A DNA stretch of 64,000 nt from Luteitalea sp. (lineage in GTDB: Bacteria > Acidobacteriota > Vicinamibacteria > Vicinamibacterales > CAVVIG01): contig WHSN01000002.1 of assembly GCA_009380045.1 (NCBI GenBank), positions 9,744-73,743 on the forward strand, in the 5' to 3' direction. The translations under genes and the position numbers were made by a program. The notes beneath the pieces were generated by a model that saw nothing but the letters and a program-made list of their open reading frames with translations, had not been told where the DNA came from and searched no databases. Positions 62,847 to 64,000 of the stretch are shown in pieces; within the stretch, counting starts at the first letter, position 1, and each line of letters opens with the position of its first letter.

Positions 62847-63057
62847 TTTGGTCATCTGGTGATCTGGTCATCTGGTCAACGATTTGGTCATCTGGTCAAC
62901 GATTTGGTCATCTGGTCAATGATTTGGTCATCTGGTCGTCTGGTGATCTGATCAATGACTGGGTCTGATCGATGACCCAATGACCCAATGACCCAATGAC
63001 CCAATGACCCAATGACCCAATGACCTAATGACCAACGACCAATGACCAATGATTGAC
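62847..63057. repeat. intergenic inverted array: (GATTTGGTCATCTGGTCAAC)x4 left arm facing (ATGACCCA)x6-8 right arm
   Basis: 20-mers lie at 62861, 62881, 62901 and 62921. Perfect 8-mers ATGACCCA run from 62972 to 63019, followed by ATGACCTA, ATGACCAA and further degenerate copies. The arms are largely complementary (7 of 8 per unit). The element lies between the ribBA stop and the ffh start. Confidence 0.9.
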
Positions 63058-63140
63058 ACCCCGGAGCCCCTGCCATTACGATAACGGTTTGCGCTAGAGC
63101 ACGTTAGAGCCGCTCCGACGGTCCCCGTTTACATGATGCC

Positions 63141-64000
63141 ATGTTCGAGTCCCTGAGCACACGTCTGCAGGACGTCTTCAAGTCCCTGCGAGGTCAGGGG
63201 CGGTTGACGCCCGAGAACATCGAGGCGGCCCTGCGCGAAATCCGCCTGGCCCTGCTCGAGGCCGACGTCAACTTCAAGGTCGTCAAGGCGTTCATCGATC
63301 GGGTGCGGGACCGCGCGATGGAGCAGGACGTGCTCCAGAGCCTGTCGCCGTCGCAGCAGGTCGTCAGGATCGTCCGCGACGAGATGCTCGCGCTCTTCGG
63401 CGACGCCCAGGGCGGCCTGGCGGACACGACCAAACGGCCGCGCGTGATCCTGCTGCTCGGGCTGCAGGGCGCCGGCAAGACCACCACCGCGGGCAAGCTC
63501 GCGAAGTGGCTGGCGAAACAGGGCCGGCATCCGCTGCTGGTGTCGACCGACGTCAAGCGTCCGGCGGCGATCCAGCAGCTGAACCTCGTCGCGGAAAAGG
63601 CGGACGTGCGGGTGCACGATCCGGCCGGGCAGCTGGATCCGGTCGCGAGGGCGAAAGGCGCACTGCTCGAGGCGACGAACAAGGGATTCGACGTCGTGAT
63701 CGTCGACTCCGCCGGCCGTCTGCACATCGACGACGAGCTGATGACCGAGCTCGCGGCGATCAAGGCGGTGACCGATCCGAGCGACCTGCTGTATGTCGCG
63801 GATGCGATGACCGGGCAGGACGCAATCAAGAGCGCTGGCGAGTTCAATCGCCGCGTCGGCGTCACGGGCGTCGTGCTGACCAAGCTCGACGGCGACGCGC
63901 GCGGTGGCGCGGCGCTCTCGGTGGTGTCGGTCGTCGGCGTGCCGATCGCCTTCGCCGGCAGCGGCGAACGGCTCGAGGACCTCGAGCCGTTCCATCCCGA
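63141..64000 (+). CDS. ffh: signal recognition particle protein Ffh, N-terminal part; continues beyond the right window edge
   Basis: Not in the ORF track because it has no stop in the window. Manual translation from ATG 63141 gives MFESLSTRLQDVFKSLRGQGRLTPENIEAALREIRLALLEADVNFKVV...GLQGAGKTTTAGKLA...DSAGRLH...TKLDGDARGGAALS. Confidence 0.9.
   Translation, partial: MFESLSTRLQDVFKSLRGQGRLTPENIEAALREIRLALLEADVNFKVVKAFIDRVRDRAMEQDVLQSLSPSQQVVRIVRDEMLALFGDAQGGLADTTKRPRVILLLGLQGAGKTTTAGKLAKWLAKQGRHPLLVSTDVKRPAAIQQLNLVAEKADVRVHDPAGQLDPVARAKGALLEATNKGFDVVIVDSAGRLHIDDELMTELAAIKAVTDPSDLLYVADAMTGQDAIKSAGEFNRRVGVTGVVLTKLDGDARGGAALSVVSVVGVPIAFAGSGERLEDLEPFHP

Noticed and set aside
62888-63076. 62-aa ORF (…VIGRWSLGHWVIGSLGHWVIGSLGH…); similar repeat-peptide ORFs at 42082..42309, 42097..42288 and 33564..33818
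   Set aside because: They are translations of the intergenic tandem-repeat arrays. Their periodic peptides simply mirror the DNA repeats, and they have no start context or coding bias.
63058-63140. SRP RNA (ffs) or another ncRNA immediately upstream of ffh
   Set aside because: No conserved SRP RNA domain IV motif (GGAA/AGCAG-type symmetric loop context) is visible. The segment is short and probably just the promoter and 5' UTR.

Overview
GC-rich bacterial chromosomal segment. A TIGR03436-like VWA protein and the general protein style suggest Acidobacteriota, but this is inference only. About 60 protein genes are tightly packed and often joined by ATGA/GTGA/TGATG stop-start overlaps. I saw no rRNA, tRNA, CRISPR array or recognisable mobile element. 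Gene order, left to right: gnd (partial) and pgi; tesA-ybbA-ybbP; a DksA/TraR-like gene, an unknown gene and folK; a RodZ-like gene; an MscS channel; a cupin. Next comes a three-gene operon ending in a cation/proton-antiporter-domain::trehalose-6-phosphate-synthase fusion, then an aminotransferase and a GNAT. A ~10.5 kb minus-strand efflux operon follows (Spy/CpxP-like, TolC-like, RND adaptor and pump, MacA-like adaptor, split MacB permease and ATPase), preceded by ECF sigma, ZAS anti-sigma and ispH. After that: pckA, gatB, ftsEX, glycerate kinase, RNase R, a 52-aa tatA absent from the ORF track, a VWA protein, TonB, groESL with a consensus promoter plus CIRCE, purC with a Fis-like gene, nrdR, and an NtrY/NtrX-like pair. 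The window ends with a formimidoyltransferase, the array pgpA-cinA-plsY-gpsA-ftsY-ribD-ribE-ribBA, and ffh (partial). Most of this is ordinary housekeeping. Four things deserve a second look. (1) The PDZ pseudo-protease / CPA-like / CPA-OtsA fusion operon. (2) A family of intergenic elements made of 7-8 nt tandem units (TTGGTCA/TGACCAA type, or GGATGGCA/TGCCATCC) arranged as inverted arms at gene 3' ends. (3) Three genes (macA-like, VWA, ntrY-like) that each look broken by a single-base deletion, which points to consensus indel errors in the assembly. (4) A glycerate kinase whose conserved N-terminus has no canonical start codon. Many long ORFs in the supplied track are off-frame or antisense shadows typical of high-GC DNA and were rejected.
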